Of a stretch of DNA of 64,000 nt, positions 51,260 to 64,000 are shown piece by piece. The number at the start of each line of letters is the position of its first letter. The first letter of the stretch is position 1. The notes under the pieces were generated by a model. That model was not told the DNA's origin and did no database searches. It saw only the letters and a list, made by a program, of their open reading frames with translations. The stretch spans positions 16,058,001 through 16,122,000 of the forward strand of contig OZ024746.1 in the NCBI GenBank assembly GCA_964016885.1, in the 5' to 3' direction. The position numbers were made by a program, and so were the translations under genes. The stretch is from Eledone cirrhosa. Lineage: Eukaryota.

Positions 51260-54200
51260 TACATATATGTGTGTGTGTGTATATATATTACACCCCCACA
51301 CACTTATTGAAAAGATTTATCTAGTAAACTGCTATTAATACTACAACTACTACTAAATATATAGTTATTCAAAACAGTTAAAAAATAGTTATGATTCTTT
51401 TAATCCAGTACTGTTACTCTTCCTTTTTAGTTGTCTGTGAGTGTTTCCTCTTAGCCTTAGTACATCCAATATGTTTAAATACTTGCACACAAACTTTATA
51501 TTATTTCTCTACATTCTTCCACCAATCAACACGTCTTTTATTTTACAGTCTATTTTCTTTTCAATTTTTACCCAAAGCTCCCAAAGGTACACCTTTCAAC
51601 TTTTTTACCACTATCCCATCTAGATTAACTCCCTAATCTTTATTGTTTACCAAAACAATGGTAATAGTTGTTATATTGTCAACCAATACTGAGACTCAAT
51701 TTATCAATCAGACTTATTCATGGAGCAAACTATACTGTATCTTCTCTGGCCTCTGTATTCTGCCCTCTAAACTGTGTACACCTTTCTTTACACACTATAT
51801 ATATTGTGAATAATCAAATAACTCTCGATTCAGCTCTTTACATTTCTTCTTCCTTTTATTTCTTCTTGTTTTTTTTCTTTGTTGTTGTTTTGTTTTTTTT
51901 ACAACCCCGTATCTTGTATCTATCTGCAGCTAATGCAATATTTATCTACAATTTATGATAAAGTGAAAGAAAAATTGCGAAAAGAAATGTTTTAAGAAGA
52001 TTGACAACAAAATAACATACTTTAGTTAGAGAACGAAGAAAATCCACCGGCCTTGAATTGAGGAATTCTGATAATTGTTGTGGAGTTTTTCTTCCCCTCA
52101 AACTTCACAGCGACAGGTGTTTGCAATTCTCGTGCCTAAACTAAAAATGAAAAATATTACACCAAAATTCTATTTTACTTAGTTACATTTCTGTTTTCAT
52201 TTTAACCTTTCTCTTGATCACAAGACTAAGTTTTGCCCAATGGTCTTCTGGTAGGAAGTGTTTCTACCCCTTTGATAAGTCTTTTTATCCATATATAAAT
52301 ATCTATATCTTTATATACATATATATATATATATATAAATAATATCTATATCTCAAAAACATAATGAAATGGTTGTGTATCTCTCTCTCTTTCTCTAACA
52401 TCTGATTCTTTCTTCCTTCACCATTGCCCCAACTCCCAACCACTTGGCTTTTTCTCTTGCCCATTGTTTGACTTCCTGAAAACTTGTCAACATTCATTTT
52501 ACCAATCTCTGTTGTTGTTTTTTTTGTCCACACTAAGCAAAGAATTAAATACAGTTTGTCTTTCGATGATAACTTTACCAAAATTACAATTCTACATTTT
52601 TATAATTTGATTCCAAATCATTTAACCAGTGTATTTGATTTTTAATTCCTTTCAAAAGATGAAAACAAAACCTATTATTGCTGAATTCTACCCACCACCC
52701 TACACACCGTTTTCTTTTTTTTTTTTTTTTTTTTTTCCCCACAATATCAGAAACACCAAAGAAATATAAACCTTTACAATTATTCTTCTGCTTCTTAATT
52801 GTTTACAGATATTTTTTTGGTGGGAATTTTCTCTTCCCTTACACAAAAACACTGATAGTATTTGTACAGTTTTCAACGTATATACTTCAATATTGATCTT
52901 ACAACGGCAGGTGTTGGTTCTAACTTAGAAATGGCAGGTTACCATCTCGCATGGCAATAATTTCTAATCAGCAAAATGAGTTGCCTTATTAGATTTTATA
53001 CTTATATTTCTCACCACGCTCCCAACATCTCCTTTAGTTTACTTTATTTATTATTATTATTATTATAACTAATTTTGTTTGTTTTTTTTCAACAACAAAT
53101 CTATTTAAATAATTTGCAGTTATGATTCTTTCAACTGATTTTTCTACAATTATTATTACTTTTTCTTTTTTTCTTTTCTTTTTGCAAATCTTTCCGGTTC
53201 AGCATGACTAAAAAGATTCTATTTCATAAGCTACAAGATACATTCAGTAAGTAACTAATACATGGCCAGCTATGGAAATAGTTATATAACATAGAGGAAC
53301 AACATATTCTTTATAGTCATGCTATTGCTTAGCCAAATGGATAAGATGTACAGCTGATATCTTTTAGGTTGTGAGTTCGAATCTACTCTAAGTATTTCAT
53401 TGTTTCTGTTCAGGACACTTAATTCTATATTATCTCAGTTGAGTTAGCTGTGAGGAAGTCTTTATTGGAGGAACGTTGTCATGGTTTAGTGTCCAGACCA
53501 TTACACAAATATTTGTCCCTCCCAATTAACCAAACAGAAACCAAAGCTGAACACTGATCCAGTGGATCCTTGTGATGTGAGAAAGGATTAATTTTTTTAT
53601 TGCTTGGAACCACACCCCTGCTACTAAAAAAAAACCCAAACTATTACTATCACAACAACCACCAACAACAACAACAACAACAATCAGTAATATTCCACAT
53701 CTAATGAGTTAACCTCTAATTCAAACACCTAAATTCTAAGACAACCATCCAGAAAAAGACAGCTACTCTCACTGAACAATAAAACTTCCCCACATGTGAG
53801 ACAATGTTAGTTGTATCAGTTATTAGCCAATATTTATTCTAGCAAAATTGCAGAATTATTATATTGGAATGTATTATATTATCTGTTTATATACAAATAT
53901 ATTTCTTGTGAATGATTTTATTTCCTTATTTCCAATCACCACCAATAGTAATCCTAGTAGTGAGTCAAGGAATTCTATCTACATCAAATGTACCAATTCT
54001 GCTCTTTAGTAACATAAATCTGATCCAGTTCTCGTTTACATCTAAATCATTTTTCTATTTATCTAATATTTCTTTGTCAGGAATTACAGCATTGCTCTTT
54101 CATGTTAACAGTAAAGCTGTAGAATGATGTGTTTTAAGGTTACACTCAGTTATTACTGTGTAAGTTTACCTCAATAATCAGTTTAGTTTGAACAAAGATT

Positions 54201-56449
54201 ACCCATGCCTAGCAACACCTACCTGTAAAATGTGTGTGTACTTATGATGATCAGTGAAGATTTGGTGAAACTAAATGGTGTCATATTTGAATTTTAATAG
54301 ATTTAATGTCAATATTTTTGTTTGTGTTGAATGTATTGGTTTGTTTAATTACAATTGCCACAATAGTAAGTGTGTGTAATACTTATAAAATAAACTACAA
54401 TACCATCAAGTGTGACTATTGGGTAAACTGTTGATGAAATGGTAGGGATCTTTATTAATCAACTTGTTCATTAACAGATTTGTACATAACCATATGACTC
54501 TTATAACAGAATTTCAGGGATATATTGTCAAAATACCCTAACAAACCAACATTCTTTGTATTGTCTTGAGTTAAAAGGGGTCTGTATTTTGAAGATGTTG
54601 CAGTTTGAAACATTGCCAGTGAGGTTTGATAGTTTGAAAGAAGTTGAATGTATTGTTGAAGAACAGATATTTTCAATTTGTGATCCATCACTTCATAACT
54701 TTTACTTAGCAAATGTTAGAAATATATATATATATAGCCAGTTAAGTACTGTTATACTAGCCCCATATCTTTGTGTATTGAGTTCTATCTTAAATCTACC
54801 TCTGCAAAGAATTGTGATGTAGTTGTGTTTATCTAGTGAACAACCTCACTGATGAGAAACTGGTTGTATTGTTAAGTCCTTAAAATAACCAGTCCAGTTT
54901 GCTTTCCTATTTTATCTAAAGAGAAAACTTCGTTTTTGTAATATATCTGATGAATATGTTTGTTTTTCCTCCTCATAATGTGTATAGAGTTTATTTTTAC
55001 AATTATACCAGCTTAAAACAGCATTGAACTTCAACAAAAAATCAATGAAGTTGTCTGCCCTACCTTTATTTTGCATATCTTTTTCTTGGTTTTTATTATA
55101 ACTGTGTGTAAATTTATTCTAGAATAGTTATATATTCTTTTTTTTTTTTAAATCTATTTTGGGATGTGTGTGTGTGTGTGTGTAAATTTTGGGTTTGTGT
55201 AAATTTAGAGTTTGTTAGCTTTAAAATAACTTCTCAACTGCTTTTCCTCTCTCTGTTCCATCAACATTGGAAGTAACAGTCTACATCACTTATAAACCTA
55301 ACACTAAATATTTTATCTTTCTTTCATTTCATTAAATATCTTTCTTTTTTATTCTCTTTCTTTTTACTTGAAAAATCTACAAAGTAGTTATCGGAAATGT
55401 TACTATGTCGCTAGTTGCTTTCGTCTGACCAAGTATTTCTTTTGAAATGTAAACCTATCAAAGTGTCTTATAGCAGACTAAAACAATACTTTTTGAAAAT
55501 TAACTTAGTCTAAATTAGGCTGTATGATGTAATAGAGTATCTAAGTATATATAAATAAAATACCAAATGTTGCTTTTATATCTTCAGTAAATGATTGTCT
55601 TCAATGGAAACATTAAAGTAAGATGTAGAAATTAGTTATTTAATAAGACATCAATATAGAATGTTAAGTTAGTACTCTAAAGGATAAAGAAATTAGGTTT
55701 AGTTTCAGAAATAACTTCACATTAGACGTTCCTTGGGAAGACAAAACCGTGTTATAATCACATTTGTCTGTTTATTAATTGTCACCATCCTTGCTATGAC
55801 AGAACTATGTTTTTGTCGCTGTCCATGCTATGACAGAACTGTATCTGCCACAGTACTGTGATGTATCATAACCTGTTGTACACCACTGAAAGTGTTTGTC
55901 TTATGGTAGGGTTGTTTGGTAAATATAAATAGAGATAGTTTCTCAATGTATTCTCCTTCAAAACCTCAACACCATTTCAGTCCCACCACCACAAATTAAC
56001 AAAATGTCCCCCACACTATATATATAACGATGTATTGTAACTCTTGTGGTGACTGTGATAAAATATCCCCCATTAATTTCAATGATGAGCATTCAGTTAC
56101 TAAAAAACTGACTTAACTTGTTAGTGGTTGATTATTTCATAGACATGTGTACCCTCAACATAATTCTCAGGTAGAATCAGCATGATACAGTAGCAAGGCT
56201 GGATCTTTGAATTACAGATACAATCCATGGAATGGGCTTCCACACAGCTTCTGTCTGCACAATTTCATTCACAAGGATTGGGTGTTGATCAAAGTTTATG
56301 GTAAAGATGACACACAACAGGATTGAACCTGGGAATCATTGTGAAGTAACTTTCTTAATAGCTATTTTGGGTGTAGGTCTTAACTTATAGTTTTCTCTAT
56401 TTGAATATCTTGAAGTCAGCCAGTGCTTATATCTCCTGAAACCCAGCTG

Positions 56450-57700
56450 CCATACAAAAGTTAAGCATTGATAACTCACCTTTTTATATAATCTCATGTC
56501 AAGCAGAGGTATTTCTTTAATGGTACATTAATGGCATGCCATGTTGAGATCATTTATTCTTCAATGAAAACTTGAGATGAGTTTCCTTTTCAAATTGGAT
56601 TGTAACAAAATACCAAGGACCATTATAGCTTTTTGCAGCATTACAAACTGTTTTATTAAATATATTTCATCACATTGATAATTGAAAAAATCTGGATAAT
56701 GAAAATGAATCAATTGTGTTTAGAGATATCAAATTAATCATTTTTGTTTGCTATTTAGCTGCAGTTGATAGAGTTGTATGTAATTTAGTTTTATTGTCAT
56801 TAATGATACTTGACGAAATATATATATGTTGATATCATCAGCAAAACCTGACACTTTTATAATTTCTTTGAAAGAATTAAACTAATCTGTTGTATAGAAA
56901 TAGAATAAGTGAAACAGGATAACCCTGTGGGAGACCCTGGAGAAGATTTATAATTTGATTTTTCTCATTATCAAAGTTCAGTTTGGTATACTGATGAGTA
57001 AGAAAGCTAGCAGCCTGGTTATAAAACGAGTTGGCAATTTCATAATGATATAACTTTTTAATTGAAGTGCCATGTTTATATTACCACAACTTCTTTTTAT
57101 ATCTAATGAGATGAAACTGGTTGATTTTTTTTTTTTTTTTTTTTTCTGTAGTTTTAAATTTCTGAAGAACATGATTCTTTTATGTTCGCAATTCTCAGTG
57201 TTTTTATTTGACATTTTAAGGAAATGTTCTTTGTCTCTCCTAAGTTAGATAACAGGGGTGTATATGAAGGAATACACGATATGTTTATGTATAAAAAACA
57301 TATACAAGTCTCGCTATCAATGTGATCATGTCAAGCACTTTTTCAAGATTTACTAATTCATCATCAGTGGCATTTAATTAGTTGGTACTGGGATTAGAAT
57401 AAGCTATAGTTTATGTTGATAAAACAACTGCTGAGAAGTTCATTTGTATATAGTGTGTGCTTGCCTTGGCTGGGATTAATCCACCTGAGTGGAATAATCT
57501 ATTAATGATAAATGTTTCCAAAATTTTAGATAGTTTAGTAAGCACAGTTATTGTATGATATGATCTGGTTACTGTCCTTGTTTCATTTTGTTTTTATTAA
57601 ACTGAATTTCCATATATCTGGATTGAATTATATTATATAAGTTTTCCCCAGTTCTTTATTTTAACCATTTACTATTTTAAATCTGTGGAGCATTTCCTGT
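56450..57700 (-). mobile_element. Old, degraded non-RTE LINE reverse transcriptase (I/Jockey-like groups), interrupted
   Basis: Minus-strand motifs in the correct order: SYHTITVLTKLSKILETFIINRL (~57500-57565), GLPQGYPVSLILF (~56900-56937), GFADDINIY (~56822-56848) and VLGILLQSNL (~56590-56622). Confidence 0.75.
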
Positions 57701-60339
57701 TATTGCTGTCAGTAACAGTACTCTTTCTTCATAATCAAGACACAAAAAGTCAGGTATACTTCTCAAATAGCACACCTGTGCTATCACCCCACTTCACATA
57801 CACACACCTCCATATTTGATCAAGATATTTCTGAATCTTATGAGCTTCAGCCAGCTTCTGGCTTGCATGAGGCTTATCAAGATGTGATATTATTCATATT
57901 TTGTCAGGTGATTTCTAGACATTTCTAAACACCTTTCTCAAATTCTGTCACGATATTAGAAAATAATCATTCTGTCCATATTTCTATCAGCTACCTCAGT
58001 CCTATACAAGCAGTTCCTCCCTCTCTTAGTTTATAATCTGGTTTAGCTGACTTATAATCACAGACCAAGCTAACTATATTCTCCAATATACTACTGGGGT
58101 TAGTGTGATGGACCTTACAATTATAATGTCTTCGGTTTAATTCCTCAACTGGCTGGCAGTGTTTTCTAAAACAAAATACTTCATTTCACATTGTTCCATT
58201 TCACTCAGCTGAGAGTTCACTGTGCAATGGACTAGCATCTTGTCCAGTGGGTTGTCTTGTATTATCAGTTTCTTAATGTTAATGAAATCAGATTAAGCTC
58301 CAACCTGATGAGCCTCTGGGCTTTGAACAGATTTTAACTTATTTTAGTATATATATATCAGACAATCCTGGAAGATGTTATAACAATTGTGGAATCTACT
58401 TCCCACTATCTCATGTAACATTCTCTCTGGCAGAAATATAGATTATTATCATTTACAACTAAAACTTTCTGTCAAGTTTTTAATTTTTAATTTTGTTACC
58501 ATATAACATTTACATATGTTGTAATAAGTCTTTGATATACAACTAACTATAGCTGCCTTTTTTCTTCATTTCAATTACTCTACAGGTTTGTATAGTGTAT
58601 GAGTTGATATACCAATAATATCTTGCTTCATATCCCTAACAGAGTAATTGTTCTGCAAGCTAAACTGAGTAGGGTCCCAGTTTAATTCTTTCATCACCAT
58701 ATTTCTAATGAAGGACACTGCTTATGATTTTCAAATAATTTTGAAAACAATCAAGAATTTGGAGGGATTTAATAATATTAACTTTCTCATTATTAAACTG
58801 GTGTTTGGAACGTAACTTAACAAAGGTTCTTACATAAAATTACAATGGAAGGTTTTTAGATAAATATAAACAGTTTAAAATAGTATCATAGAACCAGAAA
58901 TATTTTCATGTGTTAAACCACCTCACTTTCCTCTCCATTTCATTCACTTTGATTTGTTTGTTAAATATTTTTTTTCTTATTAATTTTGGCTAAAGTGGAA
59001 CCTAAAAATTATTATTATTGAAGTAGTTGAGTTGCAGAAATTGTTGGGTGACAGAAAAATTGCAATATTTAGTTTTTTTTTTCATGTTCTTACAAATCCT
59101 AATCTCCTGGGTTTCATAAAAGAAATACCAGTAATGTATTAGGATTTGATTAAACTGACAAACACCCCCCCCCCCCCATCAGCTTCCATAAAAGAAGTAC
59201 CAGAAACGTTCTGGGATTTGGTTAAACTGACAAACCTCCACCTCATCAGGTTTGATAAAACAAGTACCAGTAACATACTGGGATTGATCAAACTGACAAA
59301 GCTCCCTTCCCCCATTGTGGCAATGTTGTGAATCTTTCTCATTGTTAGTGTTGAGTGTATGGCAGGTATGTATTACAGAGGCAGGCTCCCAGTAATCTTC
59401 AGGTCACAATATACTTGCCATTTCTAGTTCTATATATTGTATTTACCACTTACGTTGCTAATATTCCTCTCTCTCTCTCTATCTATTTATCTATCCTATC
59501 TATCTCTTTATCTCTCTCTCCTCACCACAAAATCTCAGGCTTATTTAAAACTCAGGCTTTAAATCTCAGGCTTTATAAACTCCAACTAGAAACATTTTAT
59601 TTCAAGAATAAAACTAACTGAAACAGCTTCTTTCACATTCTACAATCATTGCAGCTGCTCTACTGTTCTGGATTCAGAACCAGACAAGCAGATTGCTGCT
59701 ACTGCTGCTACTACTACTACTGCTGTTAATAATAATAATAATAATAATTTCTTTAATAGTAATCACTCTCTCTTTCTCAGTATATATATACACATCTATA
59801 TACAGACACATATGGATATATACAAACATATAAACACACATATATTTATGAATATATATAGACACACACGTATACATATTTGCATATAAACACATGCACA
59901 CGCACATTCATATGTATATATATTTATAGTACATGCTCATATCTGATATGTCCAGTTAAATTCAGTTATGAATAATTGAAAAGTACTTTAGAATCGTTTG
60001 TAACCAAGAAATAGAAGTTATGTATGTAAGTGTGGTTATGTTTGTAAGTGTGGTTATGTATGTAAGTGCCGTTATGTTTGTAAGTGTGGTTATGTATGTA
60101 AGTGTGGTTATGTATGTAAGTGTGGTTATGTATGTATGTGTGGTTATGTTTGTATGTGTGGTTATGTATGTATGTATGATTATAATTGTATTTATGTATG
60201 GTTATATTTGAATATATATATGATGTATGGATATATCAATTTGGATATCAATATAATATAGTTACACATTACAGTTTGTATTGTTAATGAGATTCTCTGT
60301 GTATATATGTCTCAAGGAGTGGGTTGGTGGTTGGTTCTT

Positions 60340-60830
60340 GAGTGTGGCTTGGTGGTTAGTGTTTGGTTTATGAGTGTGGCTTGGTGGTTAGTGTTTGGTT
60401 CATGAGTGTGGTTAGTGTTTGGTTTATGAGTGTGGCTTGGTGGTTAGTGTTTGGTTTATGAGTGTGGCTTGGTGGTTAGTGTTTGGTTCATGAGTGTGGC
60501 TTGGTGGATAATGTTTGGTTTATGAGTGTGGCTTGGTGGTTAGGGTGTTTGGTTCATGAGTGTAAGGTCATGAGATCAAATCCCAGTGTCACATTGTTTC
60601 CTTGAGCAAGATTCTTTATTTCATGTTGTTTCAGTTCACTCAGCTGGCAAAAATAAATTGTACCTGTGTAATTCAAAACACTAGCTTTGTCACACACTGA
60701 ATCTCCCTGAGAACTGTAGTAAGTGTACACGTGTCTATGGAATGCTCAGCCACTTGTATGTTAATTTTACAAGCTGACAGTTCCATTGCTTAAACAACTG
60801 GAAAACTTGTCGAAACTGACAGGGATCAGA
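60340..60830 (+). mobile_element. tRNA-derived SINE whose A-box head is tandemly amplified (~32-bp unit, ~6 copies)
   Basis: gagtgtggcttggtggttagtgtttggtttat repeats run into ...GAGATCAAATCCC and CCTTGAGCAAGATTCTTTATTTCA. Confidence 0.75.
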
Positions 60831-61004
60831 CACTCACACATACATATCTACACACATTCACACACAAATGTATGTGTGTATATATATATATATTTAGTTT
60901 GTAAATATGAACACACACACAGATATGTGCATATGTATTAATATATAGTTTTTAAATATGGGCATGCCACATACACACAAATGCAAGAAGTGTGTGTGTG
61001 TATA

Positions 61005-61344
61005 TCATCATCATCATCATCATTTTACGTCCACTTTTCCCTGCGTGTAAGGGTGGGACGGGAACTGATTCTGGCTTGATTTCTACAGCTGGATGCCCTT
61101 CCTAACACCAACCTCATTTACAGTGAGTGCTGGGTGCTTTTTTCCGTGGCGCCTGCACGTCCACTGTACAGTGGAATGATAGAGACCCCAGTCCCTATCA
61201 TCTCATTTCTACAGCTGAGTAAACTGGAGCAATGTGAAATAAAGTGTCTTGCTCAAGGACACAACACATCACCTGGTCTGAGAATTGAACTCACAACCTT
61301 TCGATTGTAAGGCCAATCCTCTAACCACTAAGCCATGTGCCTCC
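61005..61344 (-). mobile_element. tRNA-derived SINE, family A, copy 4
   Basis: Near-identical reverse complement of copy 3, with a (CAT)n tail and (TA)n at the head. Confidence 0.9.
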
Positions 61345-62207
61345 ATATATATATACATACATGCACACATCTCTGTGGTGTGTGTGTGTGTATATATATA
61401 TGTATGTGAATTAGAATATGGTGATAATTGAAAATTTTGTGAATAGAATCAGAAGGTTTCACTGTATGTTGACTACAGTAGATAGTATAATATTATGGCA
61501 TGTGAACCCCCTCCATATATAGATGGTCAATAGCATGCTTGCTATTGACCAGTCTTTTCCAGTTGTGTTCACTATTTTCTGTAATCAACATACAGTGAAA
61601 ACTTCTGATTTTATTTACAAAACATATTGGGTCGTCAAGTATGAAATTTGTAGAAAAAATACTTCTACAAATTTCATACTTGATGACCCAATATTTATAT
61701 TTAAGAACTACATATAAATATATTTATACAAAACACAGATAACAGTGCATGTGTATATAAACCAGACAGAGAAGGGTGTGTGTGTATATATATGATATAG
61801 AAAGGAGAATACAGGAATAGAATGTGTTTTCAATTACAGGGGGTATATTACCACTAGTGTGAAGAACATAAAAACTACGAAAGGTACAGGAAATACATAA
61901 AAGATTAATTAATATATATATATATATACACCAGACAGAAAACGGTGTGTATAAACACACACACATCCCAGACAGAGAACGGTGTGTGAGAAAGAGAGAG
62001 AGAAGAAAGGTAGAGGTGGTTACCAATGAAATTGTTAGTGAAATGTTTGTTTTTTTCTTTTATATATCTGTTATTTATCTGCAACATAATTTTAAATTCC
62101 ACAGATCCCCTCATTGGTCTTAAATGGAAAGTTTACCATAATTTTTATGTGTCTTTTCTTTCATTGTCAATGTCATATTGTAAAGACTGGTCATTATTAT
62201 TTATAAA

Positions 62208-62890
62208 GATGGGAGGATGGGCAGAATCAGTAGAGTGTCGGATCAAATATTTCATTATGTCTCTTTGTGTTCTGGTTTCAAATACCACTATGGTTAGTTT
62301 TGCTTTTAATCTTCCTGGGGGTTGATAAAATAAAGTACCAGTCGAATACTTGGGGGGGGGGGGGGGGGTAATTGATTTCTCCCTGAAATTTCTTTGTGGA
62401 CTATGTTAGAAAAAATGATGGTGATAATGGTGGGTTGACAGAATTGGTAGAGCATCATTCAAAATCCCTGTGTTATTAGTTCCAGTTCTTCAGATTCTGA
62501 GTTCAAATCCTCCTGAGGTCAACTGTGACATCCTTCTGGAGTTAATAAAATAAAGTTCCAGTCAAGTACTGTTGTTAATATACTGTAATCACCCCCCACT
62601 CCACCCCAAAATTGCTGGCCTTGTGCCTAAATTAGAAACTATGAATGACAGTAGATTAGCAGAATTGGTGGAGTGTCAGACAAAATACTTTATGGCATTT
62701 AATTATTGCTTTCTTTACATTCTGAGTTCAAATCCAACTAAGGTCATCTTTGTTTTTCTTCCTTCTGGGGTTTGATGAAATAAAGTACTACCAGTCATGT
62801 ACTGGGGGTAATTTAATTGACTAAACTAATCCCCCAAATATCTGGCTTTGTTCTTAAATTAAAAAGAATCATCATCATTATCATTATTAT
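62208..62890 (+). mobile_element. Three diverged family-B SINEs in direct tandem
   Basis: GCAGAAT(T/C)(G/A)GT(A/G)GAG..GTTCAAAT..GGGGTTGATAAAATAAAGTACCAG-type block recurs at ~62220, ~62435 and ~62655. Confidence 0.7.
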
Positions 62891-63217
62891 TACACTGTTA
62901 TTCTTTGAATATTTCAATTTCTTTAAGATCATTTTTTTTTCTTTTTGTTTTTTTTTTTTGTGTGTGTTTGTTTGTCAGAACTGGAACTCCAGACATATAT
63001 TTTCCAATGTAGTCAATTTATCGACATTATTTATCTTAAAACTATAAAGAAATTTCTCAGTGACTTTTTTTTTTAAATTCAAATTTGAAGTAAAAATAAA
63101 ACTGAAGCTATTTATGGTTCATATTTGGCACGAAAACCAACAACAACAACACATGAAACATAAGTGTTCTCATCAAAATAAAATTTCCACACTTGTTTCT
63201 TTAAATTTTTAAGAGAT

Positions 63218-63850
63218 AGGCGCAGGTATGGCTGAGTGGTCAAGGAATTCACTTTGAAACCAGGCAGGTCTTGGTTCAGTCTTGTTGTGTGGAACCTTAG
63301 GCAAGTGTCTTCTACTTTAGCCTCAAACTGACTAATACCTTGTCATATATATATATTTGTGTGTGTTTTTGTTTGTTTGTTTATGTCCCATACCTTAGTG
63401 GTTCAATAAAAAAAATAGACCAATAAGATAAGTAACAAATTTTTTTTAAAAACTAAGTACTGGGGTTGTTATGATATAAATCAAAGTGATGCCCCAGTAT
63501 GGCCACAGTCTAATGACTGAAACCAGTAAAAAAGGTATTAGGGTTGAAATGATCAACTAAATCAAGGTGGTGCCCCAGAATGGCCTCAGTCAAATGACTA
63601 AAACCAGTAAAACTACTGGGGTTGATGTGATCAACCAAATCAAGTCAGTACACTAGCATGGCTACTGTCTGTTTACTAAAGCCAGTAAAATAGTAAAAGG
63701 GATTGATATGAACTAAACCAGGAGAATGCCCCAGCATGGTTTCTGTCTGTTGACTAAAACCAGTAAAATAGTACTGGGGTTGATATCAACTAAATCAGGG
63801 CAATGCCCCAGCAAGGCCATAGTCTGATGACTGAAATTAGTAAAAGTATA
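63218..63850 (+). mobile_element. SINE with its ~70-bp 3' module repeated ~5 times
   Basis: Head GGCGCAGGTATGGCTGAGTGGTCAAG; repeated gtactggggttgat..aactaaatcaagg..gccccagcatggcc.cagtct..tgactaaaaccagtaaaa. Confidence 0.7.
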
Positions 63851-64000
63851 AAAGAGGATCTCTGGAATGTTTCTTCAGTTCTTTTTAAGGAATTTATTAA
63901 AGAACTAAAATGAATCAATGCTGTTAATATAGGGTGGTCTGAGGTTTATGTTGAATAAGTTATTGGTTCCTCTCTATAAAAATAATACTTTTGTATATTA

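Noticed and set aside
54840-54880. CTGATGA-GAAA adjacent motif
   Set aside because: No stem II and no stem I pairing; likely chance.
56985-57020. CTGATGA-GTAA-GAAA-GCTAGC resembling a minimal hammerhead
   Set aside because: No UH after the palindrome and no stem I complementarity.
58298-58330. CTGATGA-GCCTCTGGGC hairpin at a SINE tail
   Set aside because: Not followed by GAAA plus stem III/UH; part of a degenerate SINE 3' end.

Overview
This is AT-rich, repeat-saturated eukaryotic DNA, not prokaryotic. The (TA)n arrays, tRNA-derived SINEs with (ATG)n RTE-type tails, RTE LINE debris, TTAA-flanked MITEs and C2H2 zinc-finger gene suggest a coleoid cephalopod (octopus); this assignment is inference. 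There is one confident protein-coding exon: a 551-aa C2H2/C2HC zinc-finger protein at 42774-44429 (+) with an unrecognised compact N-terminal domain. A second, plausible gene is a 631-aa protein made of 10-aa repeats at 13053-14948 (-). The most interesting signal is a set of palindromic, (TA)n-embedded non-autonomous elements that carry minimal type-I hammerhead ribozyme motifs. These lie at 29335-29405 (+), 29150-29220 (-), 25165-25225 (-) and 38790-38855 (-), and have palindromic stem III and covarying stem I, as in Penelope-like element (PLE) repeats. Related fold-back elements carry only a hammerhead-like half (GAAA-stem-GUC) with a non-canonical core. Two RTE fragments together reconstruct a PHD-type C4HC3 finger inside the RT region, and several minisatellites arose from transposon termini. 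Most ORFs in the supplied track are microsatellite artefacts. All coordinates were read by eye and no database searches were run.
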